Shown: positions 28,101 through 37,885 of the stretch, in pieces
Numbering within the stretch: position 1 is the stretch's first letter
Layout of the letters: each line of letters starts with the position of its first letter
Sequence record: DRR723986_9123
Strand: one strand, 5' to 3'
DNA: 55,823 bases
Notes under the pieces: model-generated
What the model was told of the DNA's origin: nothing
Seen by the model: the letters and a program-made list of their open reading frames with translations, nothing else
The model's database searches: none
Position numbers and translations under genes: made by a program

Positions 28101-28870
28101 CAAGGAACCCGTGGGGGGAACTGGTTGCATCGGCGAACGGCAGCGCTGACTCGCCTATCCCCGTCATCTTGGATCAGAACACGGCAGCCTGGAGTTTGAA
28201 GAAGGGAGCCAGCCTAGACGCAGAGTTTAGCATTGAGTTCGAATCACGGACGGTGCACTTCAAGACGGTCGGACTACTGGCAAATAGTGTGCTACAAGGG
28301 AAATTGATTATCTCGACCAACAGTTTTGAGAAGGTCTTCCCCGAAGTTAGCGGTTATCGGTTTTTCTTGATTCGTAGTGGAGGCGAGGCGGACAAGGTTG
28401 CTGAAGTGTTCGAAAAGGGATGGAGTGAAGCTGGGCTCGATGTGACCTACAGTGAAACTCTGTTGAAGGAACTCCTTGGCGTGCAGAACACTTACATCAG
28501 CGCATTCCAAACGCTCGGCGCCCTTGGGCTTCTCCTGGGAACGTTCGGCCTGGCCGCCGTTCAGCTTCGCAGTGTAACCGAACGCCGGCAAGAGTTAGCT
28601 CTGATGCAAGCGGTTGGCTTTTCAAAGCAACGGATTATTAGGATGCTCAACCTGGAGACCGCCTTTGTCCTTGGGGTCGGATTGATAGTTGGTGTCGCTT
28701 CGGCCGTGGTTGCCATTCTGCCGTACGCCATCCAGACGGGACCAGACCTGAGCTACGCAAAGACGTTCGGTAGTTTACTGATTGTGCTTGTGACAGGGTT
28801 TGCGGCAAGCATTTTTGCGCTTCGTCGGGCGACTGCGAAGTCCGTTCTTGAAGGAATCCGCTCGGAATAA
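25175..28870 (+). CDS. Large FtsX/MacB-type ABC permease (two permease repeats, large periplasmic domains)
   Basis: N-terminal TM followed by GDSVRRSL; permease motifs QNRAKQLGLLFASG and ERRQELALMQAVGF; overlaps the ATPase stop. Confidence 0.9.
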   Translation: MSSLSLAKLSVRSASFFRRSHLGLALGIAAAVAVIVGALIVGDSVRRSLQGLVLDRLGNIEAVMHSRFFVAVETLDGISVDEDLQLTPAIILSRSTVESRKDQALTRASNVQVIAADAGFWSASPKGVSAELEADEVAINASLAAELQVEVGDEITLRLSKTPGAPADNPLGRKDDALVSLPRQKVVAVLPDDSVAGISLTAGQNAPRNVFCSLPTVQDSLECGPSVNGAIVSSPTARATASGATQELCDELNLSLTPRLEDYGLKLDRHRLTSDGRWLDDDEPSEDSLIQDYFQLSSTELVIDDSTVMAVYKEFGGERAVPTLTYLANTVEKTTPTPDDLSRSRSAYRYYSARERARRGEPAVVLEMTGDWMTESEGSRSELDFSTAVRGKAGPVDEPLSRRIPYSIVLGVNWDDQDVLRLKDLIEVEWASLRLPFVWVNDWLADEIDVSAGDWIKVTYFEPETADGIAVESEVNFMVAGVVPITKPSAPYRRNRQAKFDETPTRFNDPNLTPSVPGVTDQDSISKWDLPFSIDEDLILPEDDEYWNYYRLTPKIFAPLDIVSRDEYFGSRFGRMTAVRFEADSVGDELSLRSEIEEALLKTRELKGLSFAPVRYQQLKAASGATPFDALFLSLSFFVIVAALLLVTLLLKLGIQNRAKQLGLLFASGYTQGRVRSILLLEYTAVTIVGCVIGVGLGIGYARLMIAGLQSWWVGAIATPFLRFSFGPLPVVGGALAGFFACIVVIYFVISRLSRQTPLSLLRGNSNAASGQRKHEQKWLLGAAGISALGAIGLLVAGFGQSGMGRAGMFFGCGFLILAALLMIVHFALNQPGRGQGTRGIWSLAWKATCRNPVRSSLALGLLAVASFLITSMGVFQVAPSRLGYGGFDLLGESSQPIYRNLASASVRQEMLGPEAKQLINSSVIPMRMLPGEDASCNNLFQASRPTVLGVSTQLSDLTDLSPDSARFAWAAAKDARNPWGELVASANGSADSPIPVILDQNTAAWSLKKGASLDAEFSIEFESRTVHFKTVGLLANSVLQGKLIISTNSFEKVFPEVSGYRFFLIRSGGEADKVAEVFEKGWSEAGLDVTYSETLLKELLGVQNTYISAFQTLGALGLLLGTFGLAAVQLRSVTERRQELALMQAVGFSKQRIIRMLNLETAFVLGVGLIVGVASAVVAILPYAIQTGPDLSYAKTFGSLLIVLVTGFAASIFALRRATAKSVLEGIRSE

Positions 28871-28879
28871 TGGCGCTGG

Positions 28880-30151
28880 CTACTTGCGGTTCAATCGTCC
28901 CGCAAGACAGGCTAAGTGTGTGGACGCAACACGACTGAGCGCCTCCCATCCAGCCAACTCTGATGATCGCACCAATCCTTCGAGGATTTTGATGCAGTCC
29001 TTTAAACTGCCGAAACCAATGTCCCAGCCTGCCGAGAAGTACGAGGAATATGCTGCATCGGGCCGGTCTTGGCGAAGCGCGGACTCAGCTTTTTCGATCC
29101 AGTAGTTCTGCACCGCCTGGAGAACCGAAGTCATCGATTCTTGCTGCCAAAGTCGAGCGTATGCAGACGCCTCGGTGGATCCCTCCAGGAGTCGATCGAC
29201 GCAAAATTTGTTGTGTTCAAAACCGCCGAAGTGCGACTTCAATCGAACCGCCTGGCTGGAAAAGGCCGAAGCCATCTGCCCAGAGCAAAAGACCTCGACG
29301 GCTTTTTCAGATTTGCCACGCCGCTGTGCCGCCCAGCCAGCGATGTCGAAGGCCCAAGCAAGATCTTGTCGATAGCTGAGTACCTCCGAAGCGATCTGCT
29401 CAGCTTGATCCCAGTCCTGAGCAATTGATGCATCGTCTGCCGAACCAAAGTACGCTGGGTCAAACGCGATGCGAGTGTGTTCCGCTTTGTTGGTGGCTGA
29501 ACTGGTGATGCCCAGTTCGATCAGTCGATCTTCGAATCCTGCAGGTTGAAGCAGTTGTTCAATACGGTCACAGGCGACTGCCTCGGGAGCGACGCCATGC
29601 TTCTGCGCCCAATCAATCAAGCCAGGGTAGTTGTTGTCGCCAAGAAGATTGCAGAATTCGTTGGTTGCTTCGCTGTTGAAACCAGGTACTTGAAGTAGCC
29701 ATTTGGTTAGACTTGCTGAGCCAAGTTTTGCCTCCATTTGATCGATTGCAAGTCGAGGGCTTGATTCGATTGCGCTGCGAAGCATCTGAGGCGATTTGGG
29801 GCGTAGGCAGTCGATGCAGTCATGTAGAGCAGCGACTTGGACGCAATTGCCGACAGGGATCCAGTCGCCGCCGCCGTGATACCAATGCACTAGTTCTCCC
29901 AGGTTTCCCGACTCCGTCACGGTAACGCACAACCAGTCGCCGTAGCCGTTTGACAGCAGTGGCAACGAATTGGGGAGCATCATTCCCGGCCAAATGGAAG
30001 TAGGAGCCGGCAACAGTAGATCGTCGGCCGCGATCGGCTGCGAGAATGGGCCTGGCAATTCAAGCGACTGTGATTCAAGGTCGAACCATTGCTTCCAGGT
30101 TGCCGATAATTCGACGGCGAAGCGTTCTTCAATCGCGTGCGATGTCGGCAT
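28880..30151 (-). CDS. SMI1/KNR4 (SUKH)-like domain plus helical/TPR-like repeats
   Basis: AIEERFAVEL..W and LPLLSNGYGDWLCV..LVHWYH; C-terminal repeats such as WAFDIAGWAAQRRG..KA. Confidence 0.65.
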   Translation of the reverse strand: MPTSHAIEERFAVELSATWKQWFDLESQSLELPGPFSQPIAADDLLLPAPTSIWPGMMLPNSLPLLSNGYGDWLCVTVTESGNLGELVHWYHGGGDWIPVGNCVQVAALHDCIDCLRPKSPQMLRSAIESSPRLAIDQMEAKLGSASLTKWLLQVPGFNSEATNEFCNLLGDNNYPGLIDWAQKHGVAPEAVACDRIEQLLQPAGFEDRLIELGITSSATNKAEHTRIAFDPAYFGSADDASIAQDWDQAEQIASEVLSYRQDLAWAFDIAGWAAQRRGKSEKAVEVFCSGQMASAFSSQAVRLKSHFGGFEHNKFCVDRLLEGSTEASAYARLWQQESMTSVLQAVQNYWIEKAESALRQDRPDAAYSSYFSAGWDIGFGSLKDCIKILEGLVRSSELAGWEALSRVASTHLACLAGRLNRK

Positions 30152-30427
30152 AAGAGTTAAATGCTTGAAGAGCTGAAATCAGATCAGCCGAACGCCTGAA
30201 TGTTCGGGGAGAAAAGTTGCCCTTGGCCATCTACGGTGGCGAAAAAACATCACGACTGCTGAGTCTACAAACTGACTTTGTACCAGGGCTTGTGGGCATT
30301 GTATTCAGTTCGGACGAGGCAGGCACTAGCGGTTTGCTACGCCCGGCTGGTTCTGCCATAAATGAGTAGCTCTGCCAGACCTGGAAGTGCTAACTGGCTG
30401 GAAATTACCGTGAAAAGGAGCGATTTG

Positions 30428-30898
30428 CTACTTGTGGACGGCGAAATAGACCCGCAAGAACGACGCCGCGCGAGCTGTATCGTAGGCCTTAATCGCGGTT
30501 TCAATTGGCACGTCCGGTCCAGGATCGACAATTACTGGTAGGTCTGTCTTGATATCGTTGATAGCGCCGAGGCGGGTTGCGAGTCCAGCCAGATCAGAAA
30601 CGGGTGAGTCGTTGAGCAAGATTTGAGACGAATCGGCATTTCCTGTAATCTTGATGACCACCTGCTCCAGCATCTCTTCGGTGGTTTCTGGTGGTTCCGG
30701 TGAATTTCCCTGTTTTGAGGAGGGTTCTTCACTAATGCCTGCGGGCAGTAAGTTTTCGATCTTTTGAAAGCTACTCGTCGCCAAGAAAAAGACCAGCAGC
30801 AAGAAAATCACGTCGATCATCGGCGTCATTGCGATCTCGACGGGACGCCTTGGGCGGCCACTTCGCGTTGTTGGATTCAGCGAATAGTCTTGTTTCAT
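30428..30898 (-). CDS. exbD: ExbD/TolR-family biopolymer transport protein
   Basis: IAMTPMIDVIFLLLVFFL with the conserved TM Asp. Confidence 0.9.
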   Translation of the reverse strand: MKQDYSLNPTTRSGRPRRPVEIAMTPMIDVIFLLLVFFLATSSFQKIENLLPAGISEEPSSKQGNSPEPPETTEEMLEQVVIKITGNADSSQILLNDSPVSDLAGLATRLGAINDIKTDLPVIVDPGPDVPIETAIKAYDTARAASFLRVYFAVHK

Positions 30899-30971
30899 CT
30901 TGATTGCGAATTTAAGAATTCAGTTTGGTATCGAGCTATCCAAATAGGCTCAACTACGAGCAAACAGACTG

Positions 30972-31394
30972 TTATCTCTGAAGGTCTTGGAAAACCGAAT
31001 AAACGACGTCACCAATACCAGCTTCGGCTGCCGCTTGGAGGATTGGTTCAATCAGCTTGTAGGGAACTGTGCGATCCGACCGAATCTTCAATCTGATTCC
31101 GTTCGTTGCAGACTTCGAGCGTTGTAAAAGGAGCTGGCTGAGTGCTGCATCCGATATCTCACGACCACCGAGCAGCTTGCTTCCAGTCGAGTCGACATTG
31201 ACAACCACTAGCTCCGGTGTTGAGGTTTGGTCTAGGCCCGTGGATGCGACCGGCAACTCAAGCGGAAGCGAATTCTCTTGCTTTGCCAGGTGACTTGATA
31301 CCAGAAAGAAGATGATGAGCAGGAATACAACGTCAATCATCGGCGTCATGTTGAATGTTGCACTGCCAGCGCTAATCAGACTGGGGCTCTTCAT
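30972..31394 (-). CDS. exbD: ExbD/TolR-family biopolymer transport protein
   Basis: FNMTPMIDVVFLLIIFFL, LELPVA and IRSDRTVPY. Confidence 0.92.
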   Translation of the reverse strand: MKSPSLISAGSATFNMTPMIDVVFLLIIFFLVSSHLAKQENSLPLELPVASTGLDQTSTPELVVVNVDSTGSKLLGGREISDAALSQLLLQRSKSATNGIRLKIRSDRTVPYKLIEPILQAAAEAGIGDVVYSVFQDLQR

Positions 31395-31400
31395 GGCGTC

Positions 31401-32204
31401 TTACCCCTGTGGTCTCGGCGGAGGCGAAGCCGGTGGCGTAGTTGCTTGTCCGCGAGACTGTACCTTGGCGGCTCTTCGTCGTACGGGCGAGAATACGTGG
31501 CTAGCCATGTACGCCGCTTCTGCAATCAACTGATCAATCCAGTTTCGGAAGATCGCGAAGGCACCTAGAGAGGGAATGGCCACAACCAATCCAGCGACCG
31601 TTGTCACGAGGGCTGAGTAGATGCCGGCCGCTAAGTCGGATGCTCCCGCTGTTCCTTGGCTGGCGGCAACTTCCTGGAACGCGAAAATCATTCCAGTTAC
31701 CGTTCCGAGCAGGCCGCACATTGGAGCGATATTGCCAATGACCGAGAGATATTCGATCTTGCGATAGAGCTTGGCCGCCTGCTCCGCGACGGCGTCTTCC
31801 ATCGCTTTTTCCATCGCTGACCAGCCGTACTCTAGCTCGGCCAATCCGCTTAGTAGTACAAACGATAGTGGGCTTGGCTTTTCGCGGCAGGCGCTGTCCG
31901 CTTCCTGCAATTTACCCTGAGCTAAGAGTTGCCGAACGTGATCGGCAAGCCCCTTGGGCATAATCTCGGTTCTGCGGAGTACCATCAACTGTTCAACAAT
32001 CAGATACACCGTAACCATCGACAGTAGCAAGAGGATGACCACGATAAACGTGCCGACAATTCCACCACTGAATAGGATGTCAAAGAAACCGCCCTGAGCG
32101 GCACTTTGCTCCGAGCCTCCCGGTTGTCCTTGAGCGAAGGCAATGGTTGGCGAGGTCAGCGTGTAGGCTGCGGATAATGATGTTGCGAGTCGAAGTCGAT
32201 TCAT
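31401..32204 (-). CDS. exbB: MotA/TolQ/ExbB proton channel protein
   Basis: IGNIAPMCGLLGTVTGMI and GIYSALVTTVAGLVVAIP. Confidence 0.93.
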   Translation of the reverse strand: MNRLRLATSLSAAYTLTSPTIAFAQGQPGGSEQSAAQGGFFDILFSGGIVGTFIVVILLLLSMVTVYLIVEQLMVLRRTEIMPKGLADHVRQLLAQGKLQEADSACREKPSPLSFVLLSGLAELEYGWSAMEKAMEDAVAEQAAKLYRKIEYLSVIGNIAPMCGLLGTVTGMIFAFQEVAASQGTAGASDLAAGIYSALVTTVAGLVVAIPSLGAFAIFRNWIDQLIAEAAYMASHVFSPVRRRAAKVQSRGQATTPPASPPPRPQG

Positions 32205-32240
32205 TGGTATACCGGGTCGGCTGGGAGATCCGCGCCTTTT

Positions 32241-33308
32241 CTATCTATCAGATTGGTCGATTTTAGCGGCTTGGAATTGGGTCGCCCATTGCGTCATCTT
32301 GTCAGCTTGTTTGGGGCGTCCAGCTTGGTTCAACTGCCGAGCGGCCTCGGTTAATGCAAGCTCTCCAAAATAGTAATGTTCATTGCATTGCGTCGCAATC
32401 CGCGACCAGAGCCCCACTGCGACGTCGATTTCGCCTTGTCGTCTCATCTGATCGGCGAGTGTCAGCAGAGGTCCAAGTTGTAAACTGGAAAGCAGCGCAT
32501 CGGTTCGCGGAAGTCTCTGTGCGAATGTCTCTTGGATTCGGTTCGGCGGCAACGAACGAAGCGTTTGGAAGGTTGCCAAAGTCGCAAGCGTTTGATTCGA
32601 AGATCCGCGCAGCTCGCGAAGGGCTGATTCGGCTGTGGCTCGATCAGCGCCGGAGATCAACCAACTTGCTCCAAGCAGCTTTGCGTGTGGTTCTCCCGAT
32701 TCTAGCCATTGTTTTGCAGCCTTAGCCAGTTCTCCATCCGGAGTCACTGGTGTCCAGCTTAGAGGCATGGTTGCGTAAAGAGAGGGCGGCGGGCTTTCAG
32801 CGGCGAGATTCAAGAAGAATATTCCCGCTTGGCGATGAAGTCCGAGACCATTAAACGAGGCGACCATTCGGGAAATCAGAATGCGCTGTTGCCACTTTGG
32901 AAGGCTCTTATAGCAGGCGGCGATTGCTCGGATTGCACCGCGATAGTCTCGCGAATGGAACAGCTCGTCTGCTTGCGTAGCTTCAGGGGTGGCCCACTCG
33001 AAACGCAGTCGTTCAACGGAGTGGCTGGGCAAACGTTTGGTTTGACCATCTGCTTGGCGAAGTGTCAGAAACGCTGCGTCGAAGTCAATGACTTGGCCGG
33101 TGAGTACCTGAGTTGCTCGGTTGGCCCACGGATCATTGACTTGTGAGCTGGTTAGCGGAGGTGAATAATCGACCTGGGCCAAATCCTGCGTCACAGTCTG
33201 CGCGACAGAGACACGAGCCGGGGTTAGCAGGAGTCCAGGCAAGAAGAGCAGTACTAATTGGTACGCCGGAGCAGGTTTGGTTCGACCAAGCCGTGGGCGC
33301 ATGTACAT
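32241..33308 (-). CDS. Exported TPR-like hypothetical protein
   Basis: Signal-peptide-like segment, a small beta domain (TGQVIDFD..LTLRQADG), then helical repeats. Lies 36 bp upstream of exbB; start uncertain. Confidence 0.7.
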   Translation of the reverse strand: MYMRPRLGRTKPAPAYQLVLLFLPGLLLTPARVSVAQTVTQDLAQVDYSPPLTSSQVNDPWANRATQVLTGQVIDFDAAFLTLRQADGQTKRLPSHSVERLRFEWATPEATQADELFHSRDYRGAIRAIAACYKSLPKWQQRILISRMVASFNGLGLHRQAGIFFLNLAAESPPPSLYATMPLSWTPVTPDGELAKAAKQWLESGEPHAKLLGASWLISGADRATAESALRELRGSSNQTLATLATFQTLRSLPPNRIQETFAQRLPRTDALLSSLQLGPLLTLADQMRRQGEIDVAVGLWSRIATQCNEHYYFGELALTEAARQLNQAGRPKQADKMTQWATQFQAAKIDQSDR

Positions 33309-33393
33309 CGATGCAGCACCGCTTCGATCGGCTGCTGCGTGATGAAATGAGATTGCCAGAATGTCGGCTACTCGGGCGAGTAGGTTGGCCCAG

Positions 33394-34368
33394 CTACTTA
33401 AGATTCCAAGCATTCATCCACTCGATTTTGACCAGTTCCATTCCAAAGTCTTTCTCGAGCTTCTCGTGCATGTCCTTCAAGTGGCCGGCGCCATAGAAAA
33501 CGCCAAGCTTCTTCTTGCCAGCGTCAATCTGTTGCTTCAAAATTTTGAATGCTTTGTCATTGCGTTCGGTGATCAATACACTCTTGCCATCTTTGCCAGT
33601 CAGAGCGGCCATCTGCCCGTCAGCCAATTCCATTTGTGAAGCAAAAGCGCGCCGGAGACCTTTCTTGTCGCCAGACAGCAGAGCGGCCATCAGTTCAACG
33701 TCGTTTGATTTTCCAGAACTCTGTTGAGCCAAGCCAGCTCCCATGCTCCGAAACAGCATAGTCATGACGCCTTCCTTCCGCTTCTCCATTGAGTCAAAAA
33801 ACTCTGTTGGTGTCATGTCGGCGTGAACAAAGTTTTTGGCCGAGTAGTCGATTTCATCAAGCTGGAAGGTTAAACCGAGAGCCTCCTTCATGCCGACTTG
33901 GATCGTGCTGACTGGACTCACGCCGCGTTCTTCGGGCTTTGGCACTCCCATGCTCGGGTCCATAACCATTTCGTACAGCAGAGAGTCGTACTTTCGGAAA
34001 AGCTGGTTCAGTTCGCTGTAGTAGGTCGCTTCGCCAATGTGAACTGCACCGATCAGTGCAACTTCAACGCCGCCCTCTTCACCGGCCATGCGATACGTAG
34101 CAACAGCGGTCTGCAGCGCGCTGGCCTTGCCGTCTTTCTTGCCCACCCGCATGAACTCGGGAAGCTTTTCCTTTTGACTTTTGGGTTCGGCTTTCGCTGG
34201 CTTTTCGTCAGTCTCAGGAGCCGTCTTTTCGGTGTCACCGTCTGCAGATTTCTTGGGTGGTTCAAGAACCGCTGATTCCTGTCCGAGGGCCGGAAGTGCT
34301 ACCAACAGCAGCAGGCTGAAGAAACACAGTTGTCGGAAGGGGCCGTGAAATGTCCTGGAGTTCTGCAT
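33394..34368 (-). CDS. Secreted TraB/GumN-like hypothetical protein
   Basis: Signal peptide; VALIGAVHIG, LLYE, HAD, LITERN and FYGAGHL resemble TraB/Tiki-superfamily motifs. Confidence 0.65.
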   Translation of the reverse strand: MQNSRTFHGPFRQLCFFSLLLLVALPALGQESAVLEPPKKSADGDTEKTAPETDEKPAKAEPKSQKEKLPEFMRVGKKDGKASALQTAVATYRMAGEEGGVEVALIGAVHIGEATYYSELNQLFRKYDSLLYEMVMDPSMGVPKPEERGVSPVSTIQVGMKEALGLTFQLDEIDYSAKNFVHADMTPTEFFDSMEKRKEGVMTMLFRSMGAGLAQQSSGKSNDVELMAALLSGDKKGLRRAFASQMELADGQMAALTGKDGKSVLITERNDKAFKILKQQIDAGKKKLGVFYGAGHLKDMHEKLEKDFGMELVKIEWMNAWNLK

Positions 34369-34735
34369 AATTCCAATTTCAATTTTCAAGACGAATGTAA
34401 TGCTGCGTAACGCGTTGGGCATTTGGTCTGCCCCACCTACTCACATTGTAGGAAGCTGACTAAATTCGGTCCCCTGCCGCACTGAGCGAGCAGCGACGCC
34501 AGTCTACCATAACTATCGTGCGGAAGCATCCAGCGATGCAGCTAAGTGCCGTTGGCAGCGGGAAGGTGGGCTCGGCTGAATGCTGCAGGTTTACCACCGG
34601 GAACGCGTTGCGCGGCGACACGTCCCCAAGAACTACTGGTCGGTTGTACGGACCCGCGCGAGAACCGAGCGAGTTTGCGGCGCCACTGAGTGGACACTGT
34701 GAGTTTTGGAACCTGAAAAGTAAGAACGATCATCA

Positions 34736-35503
34736 ATGACACAATTGCGATATCGAGCCGAACGAACGACTGTCGGCGACCTGGACTGCATTCTTGTCGT
34801 GCCTATTGATGCTGCCGACGCGCCAGTGCCCCCGAAGATTGCCGCGGTGTTTTGTCATGGTTTTGGCGCGGGCGGCGATGACCTGGTCGGCATTGCTGGA
34901 GAATTACTGCAGGCGATGGCAACGCATGAACCAGTTGTCATGGCGTTTCCTGCCGCCCCAATCGACCTGACCGAAGACGGGATGCCCGGCGGACGAGCAT
35001 GGTGGCGACTAAGTCTCCAGCGATTGCTAAACGCGCTCGAAGAGGGGCGTTACGAACAAGTTCGCGAGGAGGTGCCTACTGGTATCGATGAAGCTCGCAG
35101 TTTGTTGGTTGGATGCATCGAAGAGTTGCTGAGCAAATATTCTCTGGACGAGAGTCGGCTCTTGTTGGGCGGATTTTCGCAAGGCGCCATGCTGACGGTC
35201 GACACGATATGTCGTGGTCTTGAGAAAAGCCCCGCGGCGGCATGTCTGTACTCAGGCGCATTGATTTGCGAAAAACACTGGAAGAAGGGAGCGGCTAAAT
35301 TCGAAGGGATTGCGACGCTTCAGTCACACGGGACGATTGATCCAATATTGCCACTGCAGACCGGAAAATGGCTCGCTGATTTGGTTCGCAGTGGCGGATG
35401 CGACTTGGATTTCGTCGAATTCAATGGTCCACACACGATCCCGCCTGAAGCAATCGAAAAGACCTCGCAAATGTTAACCCGACTGGTTGAGCAGTCGAGT
35501 TGA
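34736..35503 (+). CDS. Phospholipase/carboxylesterase (alpha/beta hydrolase)
   Basis: CHGFGA, GRAWW, nucleophile motif GFSQG, HGTIDPILP and GPHTI. Confidence 0.92.
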   Translation: MTQLRYRAERTTVGDLDCILVVPIDAADAPVPPKIAAVFCHGFGAGGDDLVGIAGELLQAMATHEPVVMAFPAAPIDLTEDGMPGGRAWWRLSLQRLLNALEEGRYEQVREEVPTGIDEARSLLVGCIEELLSKYSLDESRLLLGGFSQGAMLTVDTICRGLEKSPAAACLYSGALICEKHWKKGAAKFEGIATLQSHGTIDPILPLQTGKWLADLVRSGGCDLDFVEFNGPHTIPPEAIEKTSQMLTRLVEQSS

Positions 35504-35541
35504 ACTGTCGCGGTGCCGATTGGCTAGAGCTAATCGCTTGA

Positions 35542-37638
35542 TTAGCGATTCAGAGGCTTGTTCTCATCTGGACGCAACGGATTGTACGGGCCTTGAGGCC
35601 CGAGTTGCGGTCGGGAAGCGGTTCGGTCGATGGATGAATTCGTGGCGTCACCACGAACCGGGCCAGAAATTCGAATCGTGGCTTTCGGTTCAAGTTCCGG
35701 TAAGGCTGCGGTCTCGTCCGGCTGCGTTTTGACAGTTTGGCCTGTTTCGGATGTGTTGACGTCTAGCCGTGCAACTCGTGACACCTGTTCGGTGGGCCTG
35801 GTGACTCGGTAGATCGCAATTTGGCCTTCTCGCAAAAAGCGATCGGAGCGTTGGAGTTCCTCTAAGTTGTACCTGCTGAGCGGGTTCTCTACAGAGTTGA
35901 TTTTCTGGATCGCTTCGTCGCCGACGACGATCACGTTGCTTTGTCCCGATTGGTTGAGTTGTTCTTCTACTTGCTCCCATGCTTCGGGGTGGCGTGCGTG
36001 TCTTCGAACCTCTGCAATGGTCGAATCAAGGTAGTAAACCCAACTTGGTTCCATTCCGCCAATCGAAATCCACTGCGTGTCTTCGGGCGAGGATTCAGCG
36101 GCCGACCGGAGAATTGCCAAGTCGCCTCGGTATTGATCAACGCTCGCGGTACCCCAGCCAAAAATGATGACGTTGAAGCAGCCAGCGGCAACCAGCCAGG
36201 CAAGCGGCATAGTGCTGCTCTTGAGGGGGCGAACTCGTGCGAAAGCCTCGCTTGCAAATGCAAAAATACCAAGGCCAGCAATTACCGCCCCGCCAATTCC
36301 CGCGGTAGCCAGGGTTGGCATCGATTGTTCACGGCTGAGGAAAACTAGGACACCGCAAATCGCGGCGCCAACCGAACAGGTTACGGCGTATGCAACGTAC
36401 CGCAGCCAGCGACTCGGGGCGTACCAATTCATCTCCATGTGGCGGAGGTAGCAGCCAACTGCCAACGCGGCTCCCGGATAGCACGGTGAAATGTAACTTG
36501 GGAGTTTGGTGCTGGCGATTGTAAAAGCTCCCAAGTAGACCGCGATCCAGACCGCAGCCAGCGTGAGGAGTTGTGTTGTGACGGGGCTGCTATGAGCCGT
36601 ATTCGTGGACTCTCCGGCAGTTCGGGCCGGCAAGACAATTGATTTAACCCAAAGCAGCACTGGGATCAGCCAGAGTGACCAAGGGAATGTGCCGACCAGG
36701 AAAGCGACAGGGTAGAACAGTATGTTGCCGCTGTGTCCTTCCATGCTGCTGACGGCTCGCCCAACGTTGTGGTCCAGGAAGAACCCCTTCAGGAAGGCAC
36801 CATTGGTTTCAACGCCGACTTGGTAGTACCAAGGTGCACTGATGGCCAACGCAACTAATACGCCAGGAATGACTTTCAATTGCCAAAGTGCTCGTAGGCT
36901 ACTGACTGGGTTCAGGGCTCGCCACAAAAACTTGATAAAGTCGGTGGAGAGGCCCACGATACCCGTGGAAGTCGATGGTGATTGAGTTCGGTTCATCTCA
37001 TAGCTAAAGCACCACCAGATGTGAACAACGGCTAGCGGTAAGACGATACCGACTGGGCCCTTGGCCAAAATGGCGACGCCAAACATGGCGTAACCAAACA
37101 TTCCAGCCGGCCAACGGGCAGCTTGTACGGCGCCGCTGGAATAGGGGCCAACAGGCTTGAGTGTGCTCAATACAAGTGCGGCGATGCCGAGCGTGCCAGA
37201 CGCGATCAACAACGCGTCGGGCGTTGCGGCCCGAGTCGCCATTACAAATAGCAGTGATGTAGCCAGCGCGCCGGCTGCCCAGAATCCTTCGTTGCTGATT
37301 CCGTATTTGTGACCAGAAATGCGACTGGCCAAAATGGCTGTAGCTAGTACAGCAAGAATCGAAGCCAGAGCCGAAGGCAGCCGCGCCGTAAACTCCGACT
37401 CGCCGAAAACTTGGTAGGCGAGCATCTGGCCCCAGTACAGAAGCACCGGCTTGTGGTCGCGTAGTTCACCGTTGAAGGTCGGGACCACCCAATCGCCGCG
37501 TTCAAGCATCTCGTGGCTAGCGCGGGAGTTCCGCGGTTCATCGCGGTCCCACAGTCGAGCGGAACCGAGGCCAGTGAAGAACACGCAACCGACAATGATG
37601 CTGAGCAGCATGCCACGCGTAAACGAAACTTGAAACAT
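35542..37638 (-). CDS. ArnT-like lipid-linked glycosyltransferase (GT83/PMT-2 type)
   Basis: WDRDEPR, KPVLLYW, ARLPSA, LAKGPVG, APWY, FPWS and TKLPSYI. Confidence 0.9.
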   Translation of the reverse strand: MFQVSFTRGMLLSIIVGCVFFTGLGSARLWDRDEPRNSRASHEMLERGDWVVPTFNGELRDHKPVLLYWGQMLAYQVFGESEFTARLPSALASILAVLATAILASRISGHKYGISNEGFWAAGALATSLLFVMATRAATPDALLIASGTLGIAALVLSTLKPVGPYSSGAVQAARWPAGMFGYAMFGVAILAKGPVGIVLPLAVVHIWWCFSYEMNRTQSPSTSTGIVGLSTDFIKFLWRALNPVSSLRALWQLKVIPGVLVALAISAPWYYQVGVETNGAFLKGFFLDHNVGRAVSSMEGHSGNILFYPVAFLVGTFPWSLWLIPVLLWVKSIVLPARTAGESTNTAHSSPVTTQLLTLAAVWIAVYLGAFTIASTKLPSYISPCYPGAALAVGCYLRHMEMNWYAPSRWLRYVAYAVTCSVGAAICGVLVFLSREQSMPTLATAGIGGAVIAGLGIFAFASEAFARVRPLKSSTMPLAWLVAAGCFNVIIFGWGTASVDQYRGDLAILRSAAESSPEDTQWISIGGMEPSWVYYLDSTIAEVRRHARHPEAWEQVEEQLNQSGQSNVIVVGDEAIQKINSVENPLSRYNLEELQRSDRFLREGQIAIYRVTRPTEQVSRVARLDVNTSETGQTVKTQPDETAALPELEPKATIRISGPVRGDATNSSIDRTASRPQLGPQGPYNPLRPDENKPLNR

Positions 37639-37885
37639 TGCGAATCCTTCGCACCGTAAATTGAATTCCATTTGTTGGCACTCGTCGCCACATCTGTGCG
37701 CCTAAAACGTGCCAGGGTATCGCCAAGATGGCACACTAGGTAAAGTGTCTGCTCGCGCCGACGGCAGATTGCCTGCGCCGCGCATACCATCTTCAGGTGG
37801 AAAGGTATCGGAATCTCGTCTTGTCAATCAAGAGGAAACGGCGAAGTCGGCCTTTTGAGCTTCAGGAAGTTTGAGCTTCAGGAAT

